NCBI RefSeq assembly: GCF_003991975.1
Contig: NZ_CP029822.1
Span: 2,171,648-2,195,647 of the forward strand
Origin: Entomomonas moraniae
GTDB taxonomy: Bacteria > Pseudomonadota > Gammaproteobacteria > Pseudomonadales > Pseudomonadaceae
Direction of reading: 5' to 3'
DNA: 24,000 bases
Position numbers and translations under genes: made by a program. Below the pieces are notes generated by a model. It did no database searches. It was not told the origin of the DNA and saw nothing but the letters and a program-made list of their open reading frames with translations. Below, in pieces: positions 1 through 8,620 of the stretch. Every line of letters starts with the position of its first letter. Within the stretch, counting starts at the first letter, position 1.

Positions 1-34
1 TAAAGCACTGGCTTTTTACTCTATCCTCAGTAAG

Positions 35-958
35 CTACTTCACATAAGTCAGCCATTTATCATATTTTGCATCTTTACCATTCACTATAGCAAAGAAGCG
101 TTGTTGAATTTCTTCTGTAATAGGACCACGTGAACCTTTACCAATTTGGCGTTGGTCTAGCTCACGGATAGGCGTTACTTCAGCCGCTGTACCTGTAAAA
201 AACGCTTCATCAGCGCAATACATTTCATCACGGGTAATACGTTTTTCAATAACCTCTAGCCCCATATCACGTGCGATGGTCATCACTGTATCACGGGTAA
301 TCCCTTCTAATGCTACAGTAGCGTCAGGTGTATAAAGCTTACCATTACGCACAATAAATACGTTCTCTCCAGAGCCTTCAGCTACATAGCCACTTGCATC
401 TAATAATAAAGCTTCGTCATAGCCATCACTGGTAGCCTCGGTATTGGCCATAATGGAGTTAAGGTAGTTACCATTAGCTTTCGCCTTACACATGGTAATA
501 TTTACGTGATGGCGGGTAAAAGAGCTGGTTTTAATGCGGATACCTTTTTGCATACCCTCTTCACCCAAATAAGCACCCCATGCCCATGCAGCTACAATCA
601 CATTGACATCATTAACCGCAGGAGCAACACCTAACTTTTCTGAACCATAAAAGGCCATTGGACGAAAATAACAAGATTTTAATTTATTGGCTTTAACCAC
701 ATCAATATGTGCTTGGTTAATGGTTTCTTTATCATAAGGAAGCTTCATTCTGACAATGTGCGCAGAGTTAAATAAACGATTAGTATGATCTTGTAATCGG
801 AAAATAGCAGGGCCATTGGCTGTTTCATAAGCACGAACACCCTCAAATACCCCCATTCCATAGTGCAGTGTATGGGTTAACACATGAGTTTTAGCATCAC
901 GCCAATCAACTAATTCATTATTATACCAAATAAACCCATCTTTATCTGCCATTGACAT
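35..958 (-). CDS. ilvE: Branched-chain-amino-acid aminotransferase (class IV PLP aminotransferase)
   Basis: The 307-aa ORF is collinear with E. coli IlvE as I remember it ([36 protein letters not shown]; [13 protein letters not shown]; EGSGENVF; LEGITRD; [16 protein letters not shown]). GAGGAG SD lies 8 nt upstream of the ATG at 958. Confidence 0.95.
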   Translation of the reverse strand: MSMADKDGFIWYNNELVDWRDAKTHVLTHTLHYGMGVFEGVRAYETANGPAIFRLQDHTNRLFNSAHIVRMKLPYDKETINQAHIDVVKANKLKSCYFRPMAFYGSEKLGVAPAVNDVNVIVAAWAWGAYLGEEGMQKGIRIKTSSFTRHHVNITMCKAKANGNYLNSIMANTEATSDGYDEALLLDASGYVAEGSGENVFIVRNGKLYTPDATVALEGITRDTVMTIARDMGLEVIEKRITRDEMYCADEAFFTGTAAEVTPIRELDQRQIGKGSRGPITEEIQQRFFAIVNGKDAKYDKWLTYVK

Positions 959-1079
959 GCTTTTATCTCCTCATAAAAAAAAACAATATATTAATTAGAA
1001 ACATTTCAATCAAATAGTTCTACTAATATCCATAATAAACTCAAATAATATTCATCCCTATCAATTTATTAATAGCCCC

Positions 1080-1589
1080 TTATTGAGTAAGCAGCTTCTG
1101 ATAAATTCGATAGTCCTCTTGACTAAAACAACAAAATATAACGCATTTTAAAGTTTCATCATTTAATAAAAAATGCTTCACTGTCTTAACTGCAACTTCT
1201 GCGGCCTTGTCTTTAGGATATTTATAAATCCCCGTACTAATACAAGGAAAAGCAATACTTTTACATTGTCTCTCAACAGCTAACTGTAAGCTATTTTCGT
1301 AACAGCTAGTTAGCTGCTCTACCTCTTGCTGGTATCCACCTTGCCAAACTGGTCCTACTGTATGAACAATATAATTTGCTAGTAAATTATAACCTTTTGT
1401 TAATTTAGCTTGCCCTATTTTACATCCACCCAATAAGCGACACTCATCCACTAATAACCGCCCTGCTGCTCTATGAATAGCTCCATCAACACCTCCTCCA
1501 CCTAATAAAGAACTGTTGGCTGCATTCACAATCACATCAACATCTAGCTTAGTAATATCACCGTGTATCGCAAGAATCTCTGTTGCCAT
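1080..1589 (-). CDS. ymdB: Macro domain protein, YmdB-like O-acetyl-ADP-ribose deacetylase / ADP-ribose hydrolase
   Basis: The 169-aa ORF carries macro-domain signatures ([50 protein letters not shown]). It resembles E. coli YmdB end to end, including the C-terminal LLTQ. Its ATG overlaps the msrB stop (TAATG at 1591..1587). Confidence 0.9.
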   Translation of the reverse strand: MATEILAIHGDITKLDVDVIVNAANSSLLGGGGVDGAIHRAAGRLLVDECRLLGGCKIGQAKLTKGYNLLANYIVHTVGPVWQGGYQQEVEQLTSCYENSLQLAVERQCKSIAFPCISTGIYKYPKDKAAEVAVKTVKHFLLNDETLKCVIFCCFSQEDYRIYQKLLTQ

Positions 1590-2029
1590 TATTTTTCCTG
1601 AAAGTTAATTGCAATTGAATTAATACAATAGCGTAACCCTGTTGGTGGAGGGCCATCAGGAAAGACATGGCCAAGATGCGCTTTGCATTGTGCACAAACT
1701 ACTTCGACACGATGCATATTATGGCTATTGTCTTCATGTTCTTCTACAGCATTGGCTTTTATGGGCTGGTAAAAACTCGGCCATCCACAACCTGCCTCAA
1801 ACTGGGTAGATGTTTCAAAAAGCTCTGCACCACAGCACACACAATGATAAATACCCGCCACATCAGGTACTTTATAGTATTTACCTGAAAACGGGTGTTC
1901 TGTGCCTTTTAATCGACATACATAAAATTGATCTGGGGTTAATTGTTGTTGCCATTCTTCTAAAGTTTTCGCTTTTTCACTCATAGCGTTTATAATCCCA
2001 TTGTAATTATATTCATTAAATAAACTCAC
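1589..2029 (-). CDS. msrB: Peptide-methionine (R)-S-oxide reductase
   Basis: The 146-aa ORF has two CxxC zinc pairs ([17 protein letters not shown]) and the catalytic RYCINS motif typical of MsrB/SelR. Confidence 0.93.
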   Translation of the reverse strand: MSLFNEYNYNGIINAMSEKAKTLEEWQQQLTPDQFYVCRLKGTEHPFSGKYYKVPDVAGIYHCVCCGAELFETSTQFEAGCGWPSFYQPIKANAVEEHEDNSHNMHRVEVVCAQCKAHLGHVFPDGPPPTGLRYCINSIAINFQEK

Positions 2030-2075
2030 ACTGTACTAATAATAGTCCTAAACACTTTTTTATAAAACCTCTATT

Positions 2076-2516
2076 ATGGCTAGTCGTTCACTCAATACCC
2101 CCTGCGTTGGTCTTTGCTCTACCGTCTACGGCGATGCGGTATGTCGTGGCTGTAAACGTTATGATTATGAAATCATTGATTGGAATACTTATACATCAAC
2201 TCAACATGAGGCTGTTTGGCAAAGACTTGAGCAGTTATTAGAAGAAGTAATGGCCAATAAGCTTGCCATCACAGATAGAAAGCTACTAGAACAAAAACTG
2301 ATTAAACACAGCATTCGTTTTCGCCCACAACAATCGAGCTATTATTGGGCTTATTTATTGTTAACGAAAGGAGCTAGACTGATTAATAATATAGAGGCCT
2401 ATGGTATTCATATATCAGTCCCTTATGATAATCAACCTCTTTGGGAGTTACGTGAGCAAATCGATGTTGAGTTCTTTGCTCTCTCAGAAAAAAACTACCC
2501 AACCACATTGCCTTAA
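2076..2516 (+). CDS. DUF1289-like Cys-rich protein (YdhL family N-terminus) with an uncharacterised C-terminal extension
   Basis: The N-terminal PCVGLCSTVYGDAVCRGCKRYDYEIIDW matches the 4-Cys DUF1289 pattern (C-x3-C ... C-x2-C-x-R-x3-EI-x2-W). The remaining ~100 aa have no motif I recognise. No clear SD. Confidence 0.6.
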   Translation: MASRSLNTPCVGLCSTVYGDAVCRGCKRYDYEIIDWNTYTSTQHEAVWQRLEQLLEEVMANKLAITDRKLLEQKLIKHSIRFRPQQSSYYWAYLLLTKGARLINNIEAYGIHISVPYDNQPLWELREQIDVEFFALSEKNYPTTLP

Positions 2517-2622
2517 AATATAATTGAGCTATGAAAATAATAAATTTTTAATATTTTCACTAAAATACTTAACTCAAATAGTTTAAAATCAGCACTTTTA
2601 CACCGCTGTTTTAGGAAAAACC

Positions 2623-4137
2623 ATGCTTGAGAAATATATAAAAAATATCCTAACGGCGCCTGTGTATGATGTCGCAGTTGAAACACCATTGCAGCCAGCC
2701 CTTAGTTTATCGCAAGAATTAGCCAACACCGTATTATTAAAAAGAGAAGACTTACAATCAGTTTATTCTTTTAAGATTCGCGGCGCTTATAATAAAATTG
2801 CACGTCTTTCAGATTCAGATAAAGCCAAGGGAGTGATTGCTGCATCTGCCGGAAATCATGCGCAAGGTGTTGCCATTTCAGCACAAAAGCTGGGCATTAA
2901 AGCAACAATTGTCATGCCTAAAACAACCCCTGAAATTAAGATCAAAGCCGTTAAATCTTATGGCGCAAAAGTTATTTTACACGGAGATGCATTCTCTGAA
3001 TCCCTTGCCCATGCATTGAAACTTGTTGATGAGAAAGGATTTACTTTCGTACACCCCTACGATGACCCTGATACCATAGCAGGCCAAGGCACTATTGCAA
3101 TGGAAGTTTTACGTCAGCATAATGGTCCTATTGATGCTATTTTTATTCCTGTCGGTGGCGGTGGTTTAATCGCAGGAATAGCCGCTTATGTAAAATATTT
3201 ACGGCCTCAAATCAAAATCATTGGTGTTGAGCCTAATGACTCTAACTGCTTGCAAGCAGCACTTAAAGCAGGCAAGCGTGTTACATTAAACCAAGTTGGT
3301 TTATTTGCCGATGGCGTTGCAGTCACACAAATAGGTAAAGAACCTTTCAATATCTGTAAACATTATGTCGATGAAGTCATTACCGTCTCTACTGATGAAA
3401 TTTGTGCCGCACTTAAAGATATTTATGATAACACCCGTTCAATTACAGAACCATCAGGTGCATTAGGCGTTGCAGGAATAAAGAAATATTGCCATGACCG
3501 AGGCGTTAAAGGGCAAACTTTGGTTGCCATAGACTCTGGCGCTAACATTAATTTTGATCGTTTACGCTATGTTGCAGAGCGTGCTGAAATTGGTGAGAAA
3601 CGTGAAGCCATCATCGCTGTAACTATTCCTGAACAACCCGGTAGTTTCAAAAAATTCTGTGAAGCCATTGGTAAGCGCCAAATTACTGAATTTAACTACC
3701 GTTACAGCAGTGATAAACAAGCACATATTTTCGTTGGTGTTCAAACCCACCCTGAAAATGATCCTCGCGATGCACTGATTTCGTCATTACAAAAAAAGGG
3801 ATTCCCTGTTTTAGATTTAACCGATAACGAATTAGCCAAATTACATATCCGTTATCTCGTGGGGGGACATAACAAAGACGTTGCTAACGAGCAAGTATTC
3901 CGATTTGAATTCCCCGAACGTCCCGGTGCATTATTTAATTTTTTAAACAAGCTAGGCGATCGTTGGAATATTAGTTTGTTCCATTACCGTAACCATGGTG
4001 CTGCTGAAGGTCGTGTTTTTGCTGGTCTCCAAGTGCCATCTTCTGAAATAAAAGCGCTTAAAGAAACTTTAGATGCAATTGGTTATCCTTACTGGAATGA
4101 AACCAAAAACGATGCCTATCAACTCTTCTTATCGTAA
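2623..4137 (+). CDS. ilvA: Biosynthetic threonine dehydratase (threonine ammonia-lyase)
   Basis: The 504-aa ORF has the PLP-lysine motif SFKIRGA, a GGGGL loop, and a C-terminal duplicated ACT-like regulatory region of the length expected for biosynthetic IlvA. AGGA SD lies 7 nt upstream. Confidence 0.95.
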   Translation: MLEKYIKNILTAPVYDVAVETPLQPALSLSQELANTVLLKREDLQSVYSFKIRGAYNKIARLSDSDKAKGVIAASAGNHAQGVAISAQKLGIKATIVMPKTTPEIKIKAVKSYGAKVILHGDAFSESLAHALKLVDEKGFTFVHPYDDPDTIAGQGTIAMEVLRQHNGPIDAIFIPVGGGGLIAGIAAYVKYLRPQIKIIGVEPNDSNCLQAALKAGKRVTLNQVGLFADGVAVTQIGKEPFNICKHYVDEVITVSTDEICAALKDIYDNTRSITEPSGALGVAGIKKYCHDRGVKGQTLVAIDSGANINFDRLRYVAERAEIGEKREAIIAVTIPEQPGSFKKFCEAIGKRQITEFNYRYSSDKQAHIFVGVQTHPENDPRDALISSLQKKGFPVLDLTDNELAKLHIRYLVGGHNKDVANEQVFRFEFPERPGALFNFLNKLGDRWNISLFHYRNHGAAEGRVFAGLQVPSSEIKALKETLDAIGYPYWNETKNDAYQLFLS

Positions 4138-4146
4138 TATCCCCCT

Positions 4147-4188
4147 ATAAGGTAGCTATTTCTTGGCTACCTTATCTTATTATCTTTT
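4147..4188 (+). terminator. Putative rho-independent terminator after ilvA
   Basis: Perfect 10-bp stem ATAAGGTAGC (4147-4156) / GCTACCTTAT (4166-4175) with a 9-nt loop. It is followed by a T-rich but interrupted tail (cttattatctttt). Confidence 0.5.
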
Positions 4189-4334
4189 ACAAAACTTATA
4201 ATCAACGCCTCCCTATATACTAAGATCTAAATCTACTGACCTTAGCAACCTAAAATTAATATGTTACTATCTGTTTCGAAACAACATAAGTATTTTCGTA
4301 TTTAACTTTCTTAACCACACAAAGGATTAATGCT

Positions 4335-4505
4335 ATGAAATATTTAAAACTAGTTGTTATTGCGGCGGCAGTTTCTTTTCTTGCAGGCTGTACAGGTCAC
4401 GTTTATAATGCTCAAAAAAACTGCAGCTATGATTATCTTCTTCATCCTGATGTTTCTATCTCTAAACTCATCGGTGGCTGCGGTCCAGTTGGTAACTATA
4501 AATAA
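4335..4505 (+). CDS. yhfL: Small lipoprotein, YhfL-like (56 aa); absent from the supplied ORF track
   Basis: My translation is MKYLKLVVIAAAVSFLAGCTGHVYNAQKNCSYDYLLHPDVSISKLIGGCGPVGNYK*. It has a lipobox (LAG|C) after a hydrophobic signal peptide and an AAGGA SD (4322-4326) 8 nt upstream. The mature part closely matches my memory of E. coli YhfL (..CTGH..NCSYDYLLHPAISISKIIGGCGP..). A terminator follows. Confidence 0.75.
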   Translation: MKYLKLVVIAAAVSFLAGCTGHVYNAQKNCSYDYLLHPDVSISKLIGGCGPVGNYK

Positions 4506-4527
4506 TTTTTACTAATTAAATGCTTCA

Positions 4528-4559
4528 TGGCTTCTCAATAAATAGAGAAGCCAATTTTC
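4528..4559 (+). terminator. Rho-independent terminator after the yhfL-like ORF
   Basis: 9-bp stem TGGCTTCTC (4528-4536) / GAGAAGCCA (4545-4553) with an 8-nt loop, followed by ATTTTCC. Confidence 0.55.
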
Positions 4560-4680
4560 CACTGATGAGTTATGCTCTCATTACATATAATCGAATAAAC
4601 CTATACATTATGAAGTTATTCTTGTAATTAGCATATTGCAGCAACTATTAACCTTGTAAGACATAGACTTTTTAAGCTTC

Positions 4681-5073
4681 CTACTTATTTCTGGCTAACT
4701 CTTGAATAATGGGACATTCAGGCCGGCTATCACCATAGCACCCATGAGCTAAATGGCGTAGTGTATTAGCCATCTCTTGCAAATCATTGGCTTTACGCTC
4801 TAATTCACTGATATGTTTTTCTGTAAGTTTCTTAACATCTTCACTTGCTCTATCTTTATCTTGCCAAAGCATCAATAACTCTTTAATTTCCTCCATTGAA
4901 AAGCCTAAATCTCTGGCTCTTTTAATAAACAATAGATTTTGGATGTTACTCTCTGAATAATCTCGATAACCACTCACTGTACGAGAAACGTTTAGTAATA
5001 ATCCTATCTCCTCATAGTAGCGGATCATTTTAGCTGAAAGCCCTGTTTTCTTAGCGGCAATGCTTATATTCAC
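4681..5073 (-). CDS. cueR: Cu(I)-responsive MerR-family transcriptional activator
   Basis: MerR wHTH (TGLSAKMIRYYEEIGLL), a dimerisation helix, and the C-terminal metal loop C-x8-CPII (GCYGDSRPECPII) as in CueR. The track start (5088) is a TTG. I prefer GTG at 5073, because AAGGG lies 7 nt upstream and the resulting N-terminus MNISIAAKKTGLS aligns with E. coli CueR MNISDVAKITGLTS. ATG at 5079 is an alternative. Confidence 0.9.
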   Translation of the reverse strand: MNISIAAKKTGLSAKMIRYYEEIGLLLNVSRTVSGYRDYSESNIQNLLFIKRARDLGFSMEEIKELLMLWQDKDRASEDVKKLTEKHISELERKANDLQEMANTLRHLAHGCYGDSRPECPIIQELARNK

Positions 5074-5100
5074 TCTCATTCCCTTCAATGATAAAAAAGA

Positions 5101-5131
5101 TTGACCTTACCATAATGGTAAACTTTACAAT
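5101..5131 (+). promoter_or_regulatory. copA promoter with MerR/CueR-type operator
   Basis: -35 TTGACC (5101-5106), a 19-bp spacer, and -10 TACAAT (5126-5131). The spacer contains a perfect 7-1-7 dyad TTACCAT-A-ATGGTAA (5107-5121). The overlong 19-bp spacer bearing a dyad is the hallmark of MerR-family activated promoters. The flanks resemble E. coli PcopA (CTTGACCTT...). Confidence 0.8.
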
Positions 5132-5283
5132 GTTCCCAATCATTTGTCTTTAGTTATTAAATAATTTTCAAACCAATACTATTCAGAACTAAAGTAATAT
5201 TTATTTATAACCGAAGATATGAGTAAATTATCTGTTAGATATAAGCATTTAAAACCTAAGTAACTATTTTTGAGTAATAAATC

Positions 5284-7548
5284 ATGACACAACAAAAACT
5301 ACCTGACTCCAACCAAATCAATCTAAATATTGGTGGGATGAGCTGTGCGTCTTGCGTAGGGCGCGTTGAGCGTGCACTAAAAAAAGTTGACGGTGTTGCA
5401 GAGGCTAATGTCAACCTTGCAACCCATAAGGCTCAGATAACACTAAATAAACCATTACCTCCAGAAACGTTAGTCAATGCAGTTACCAGCGCAGGCTATG
5501 AAGCACAAATCGTTAAAAACAGTAGCCCCACAGCAGATGATAGTAAACAAGAAAAGGCAGAAATCGGACACCTTAAATGGTCATTAATTATTGCTGTAGT
5601 CTTAACTATTCCTGTTTTTCTATTGGAAATGGGTGGGCATGTTTCCAGCACCTTCCACCATATGATTATGAGTACACTAGGAGAACAAAACAGTTGGTAT
5701 ACACAGTGGTTCTTAACAACGCTTGTAATGTTAATCCCCGGATTTAACTTTTATAAAAAAGGTATTCCTGCACTGCTTCATTTAGCTCCTGACATGAACT
5801 CATTGGTTGCCGTTGGTACATTGGCAGCTTATTGCTATTCAGTGATTGCTACTTTCATTCCGCAACTACTCCCTGAGGGGACTGTCCATGTTTACTATGA
5901 GGCAGCAGCGGTTATTATCACGCTTATTTTAATCGGTCGTCTATTAGAGGCTAAAGCAAAAGGCAGAACCTCTCAAGCCATTAAGCAGCTGGTTCAATTA
6001 CAAGTTAGTCATGCTAATGTTTACCGTGATGGCCAATTAACCGAAATCCCTATTGATCAAGTTCAACTGGGGGATCTCATAACAGTAAAACCCGGAGAAC
6101 GTATTCCTGTTGATGGCGTCATCACCGAAGGAAATAGCTATGTTGATGAGTCGATGATTACAGGCGAACCTATTCCCGTCAAAAAACAACCCAATGATCC
6201 TGTTGTAGGCAGTACAGTAAACCAGAAGGGAGCGTTAACCGTTCAAGCAACCAAAGTTGGTAATGATACTGTTTTAGCTCAGATCATTCGTATGGTTGAA
6301 ACAGCGCAAGGGTCAAAACTCCCTATTCAGGCCATTATCGACAAAGTCACTTTATGGTTTGTGCCCACTATCATGGCATTGGCCGTTATTACTTTTATTA
6401 TCTGGATTATTTTTGCAAAAGACTCCGCATTAAGTTTTGCTTTGGTTAGTGCAGTAGCGGTACTTATCGTTGCATGCCCTTGTGCTATGGGGCTAGCTAC
6501 ACCAGTATCCATTATGGTGGGAACAGGACGAGCCGCCGAATCAGGTATATTCATTCGTAAAGGCGAAGCGCTACAAATTTTAAAAGATATTAAAGTCATT
6601 GCCTTAGATAAAACAGGTACATTAACCAAAGGCAAACCTGAACTCACTGATTTTATTTGCGATGAATCTTATGATAAGAATCAAGCAATTACATTGCTAG
6701 CCTCTTTAGAGGCCAAATCAGAACACCCTATTGCAGAAGCCATTGTGCAGTATGCTCAAAAGTTTAACCTAAAATTACTGCCTGTCGATAACTTCACTAC
6801 AGTCACAGGGCAGGGCTTACAGGCCACCATTGAACAACAAACGGTTCAAGTGGGAACAGCCTATTTTATGCAACAGCAAAAGATTAATACCGATAAATTT
6901 ACTGAAACAGCTACCCGCTTAGCCAAAGAAGGAAAAACTCCTTTTTATATGGCGATTAATCAGCAATTAGTTGCGATCACAGCCGTTGCTGACCCCATCA
7001 AAGAAACAACCCCTCAAGCAATCAATGCCTTTCACCAATTAGGGTTAAAGGTGGTCATGATTACCGGCGATAATAAACACACCGCACAAGCGATTGCCAA
7101 ACAATTAGGTATTGATGAGGTGGTTGCCGAGGTATTACCCGATGGTAAGGTTGAAGCTATTAAATCACTTAAACAACAAGGTAGTCTGGCTTATGTAGGT
7201 GACGGCATTAATGATGCCCCAGCCCTTGCTGAAGCTGATATTGGCATAGCCATAGGTACAGGAACAGATGTTGCCATTGAGGCGGCTGATGTCGTCCTCA
7301 TGTCAGGTGATCTTCTAGGTGTTGTCAAAGCGATCACTTTATCAAAAGCGACTATTCGCAATATTCATCAGAATATCTTCTGGGCATTTGCTTATAATAC
7401 AGCATTAGTGCCTATTGCCATGGGTATTTTATATCCTTTCTTTGGCATACTACTATCTCCTGCTATCGCTGCTGGGGCAATGGCTTTATCCAGTGTCTTT
7501 GTTTTAGGAAATGCGTTAAGGCTTAAACGAATTCCATTAGAAAAATAA
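5284..7548 (+). CDS. copA: Copper-exporting P1B-type ATPase
   Basis: The 754-aa ORF has a single N-terminal HMA domain ([12 protein letters not shown]), the TGEP actuator motif, the transmembrane CPC motif ([11 protein letters not shown]), the DKTGTLT phosphorylation site, and the GDGINDAP hinge. Confidence 0.96.
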   Translation: MTQQKLPDSNQINLNIGGMSCASCVGRVERALKKVDGVAEANVNLATHKAQITLNKPLPPETLVNAVTSAGYEAQIVKNSSPTADDSKQEKAEIGHLKWSLIIAVVLTIPVFLLEMGGHVSSTFHHMIMSTLGEQNSWYTQWFLTTLVMLIPGFNFYKKGIPALLHLAPDMNSLVAVGTLAAYCYSVIATFIPQLLPEGTVHVYYEAAAVIITLILIGRLLEAKAKGRTSQAIKQLVQLQVSHANVYRDGQLTEIPIDQVQLGDLITVKPGERIPVDGVITEGNSYVDESMITGEPIPVKKQPNDPVVGSTVNQKGALTVQATKVGNDTVLAQIIRMVETAQGSKLPIQAIIDKVTLWFVPTIMALAVITFIIWIIFAKDSALSFALVSAVAVLIVACPCAMGLATPVSIMVGTGRAAESGIFIRKGEALQILKDIKVIALDKTGTLTKGKPELTDFICDESYDKNQAITLLASLEAKSEHPIAEAIVQYAQKFNLKLLPVDNFTTVTGQGLQATIEQQTVQVGTAYFMQQQKINTDKFTETATRLAKEGKTPFYMAINQQLVAITAVADPIKETTPQAINAFHQLGLKVVMITGDNKHTAQAIAKQLGIDEVVAEVLPDGKVEAIKSLKQQGSLAYVGDGINDAPALAEADIGIAIGTGTDVAIEAADVVLMSGDLLGVVKAITLSKATIRNIHQNIFWAFAYNTALVPIAMGILYPFFGILLSPAIAAGAMALSSVFVLGNALRLKRIPLEK

Positions 7549-7563
7549 CAAAGACATTACAAC

Positions 7564-7608
7564 AGAGGCTCATGAAAGGTAATCAATCCTTTATGAGCCT
7601 CTTTAGTT
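7564..7608 (+). terminator. Putative rho-independent terminator after copA
   Basis: Stem AGAGGCTCAT (7564-7573) / ATGAGCCTCT (7593-7602), extendable by AAAGG/CCTTT, followed by TTAGTT. Confidence 0.5.
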
Positions 7609-7696
7609 CATCTAACCTTATTTCTATAAAATACTTCTTATCAAATAAAAAAAGGAGTACATTAGTCCTCATACTAAATATAAAAGACTCTATATA

Positions 7697-8575
7697 ATGC
7701 CTCTTAAACATCTCCTACTTATCTTTTTGGTTATTTTTTCTTGGGGCTTTAGTTATGTAGCAACAAAAGTTGGATTAATGGAGTTGCCTCCTTTCCTCTT
7801 TGCTACATTGCGATTTGCGATTTTAATTATTCCTGCTTTATTCATTCCTTTTCCAAAAACAAAGCTATCAGGGCTCATTCTTTTTAGCCTTTCTATGGTT
7901 TTTGCTCAATTTGCATTGTTATTTTTAGCCATAAAATTAGGAATGCCCGCAGGGCTAGCTTCTCTTGTCATGCAGTCACAAGCTTTTCTGACCATTATCA
8001 TGGGAAGTCTCTTTCTAAAAGAAACCATTAAACCCACAACGCTAGTTGGTCTATTCATTGCAGTACTAGGGCTAACGGTTATTGGTTGTGATACGAGTAC
8101 CAATATGACAATGGTAGGTTTAATATTCACTCTACTTTCAGCTCTGTCTTGGGCAATTGGAAATATTTTAATCAAAAAGCTACAGCCTATTAATAATCTG
8201 AGCTTAACTGTGTGGGGATCAGTACTATCAGTTATACCGCTTGCATTATCTTCTTTAATTTTTGAAGGGATAGACACAATAACCCTAAGCCTTTCCAATT
8301 TAACATGGGCTGGTATTTTATCTATCCTCTATTTAGGTTTTATTGCCTCACTCTTAGCCTATACACTTTGGGCACGAATGCTCTCTTATTATGCAACCAA
8401 CTTAATTGCCCCTTTTTCGCTCTTAGTCCCCATCATTGGAATGAGCAGCACAGCCTTCTTTTTACACGAACATTTAACAGTATTTGAGGTAATAGGCGCA
8501 GCGATTATTCTACTGGGACTCTCTATTAATGTTTTTGGCAGTCGCATCATGCGTTTTATAAAATCTGCACAATAA
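7697..8575 (+). CDS. EamA/DMT-superfamily transporter (10-TM drug/metabolite exporter type)
   Basis: The 292-aa protein is highly hydrophobic, with the duplicated 5-TM EamA architecture and typical motifs (FSWGFSYVATKVGL, ALSWAIGNILIKK). The substrate cannot be inferred. Confidence 0.8.
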   Translation: MPLKHLLLIFLVIFSWGFSYVATKVGLMELPPFLFATLRFAILIIPALFIPFPKTKLSGLILFSLSMVFAQFALLFLAIKLGMPAGLASLVMQSQAFLTIIMGSLFLKETIKPTTLVGLFIAVLGLTVIGCDTSTNMTMVGLIFTLLSALSWAIGNILIKKLQPINNLSLTVWGSVLSVIPLALSSLIFEGIDTITLSLSNLTWAGILSILYLGFIASLLAYTLWARMLSYYATNLIAPFSLLVPIIGMSSTAFFLHEHLTVFEVIGAAIILLGLSINVFGSRIMRFIKSAQ

Positions 8576-8604
8576 AAAATGGCGACTTAATATCGCCATT
8601 TTTT
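8575..8604. terminator. Bidirectional rho-independent terminator between convergent eamA-like gene and acnB
   Basis: AAAAATGGCGA (8575-8585) / TCGCCATTTTT (8593-8603) with a 7-nt loop. An A-run lies on one side and a T-run on the other, so a U-tail follows the hairpin on either strand. Confidence 0.7.
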
Positions 8605-8620
8605 CACAATCAGCTAGTAG

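Noticed and set aside
1667-1888. 73-aa plus-strand ORF inside msrB, and similar antisense ORFs in ilvA (3562-3750), copA (6327-6647), the first EamA gene (7906-8298) and cydAB (14061-14337, 14923-15108, 15477-15686). Same-strand off-frame ORFs also occur in ilvA (2837-3019), the first EamA gene (8305-8487) and cydB (14404-14607).
   Set aside because: They are shadow ORFs, antisense or in alternative frames, inside confidently assigned genes. There is no independent support for any of them.
2531-2551. Mini-ORF MKIINF* upstream of ilvA as a possible Ile-sensing attenuation leader, with a weak CAGC/GCTG-UUUU hairpin at about 2589-2613
   Set aside because: It has only two Ile codons, no convincing SD, and a very weak AU-rich candidate terminator. 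There are no alternative antiterminator pairings I could trace. The evidence is insufficient without comparative data.
4271-4285. CTGTTTCGAAACAAC considered as a LexA (CTGT-N8-ACAG) box
   Set aside because: The right half reads AACA rather than ACAG. The sequence is better described simply as a TGTTTC/GAAACA palindrome of unknown function.
5219-5263. 14-codon uORF (MSKLSVRYKHLKPK) in the long copA leader
   Set aside because: The SD is weak (GAAG, 2-nt spacing), there is no obvious coupling to copA, and such short ORFs arise by chance in AT-rich leaders.
5480-5560. Looked for an E. coli-style programmed -1 frameshift site producing a CopA(Z) chaperone after the HMA domain
   Set aside because: No CCCAAAG-type slippery heptamer occurs in frame. 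The nearest A-run (GTT AAA AAC) is not a proper X XXY YYZ site, and the -1 frame does not terminate promptly.
7652-7699. Strong AAGGAG at 7652-7657 with an in-frame ATT at 7661, considered as an extended start for the first EamA gene
   Set aside because: ATT initiation is extremely rare and the spacing is only 3 nt. The ATG at 7697 is retained, and the SD-like hexamer may be coincidental.
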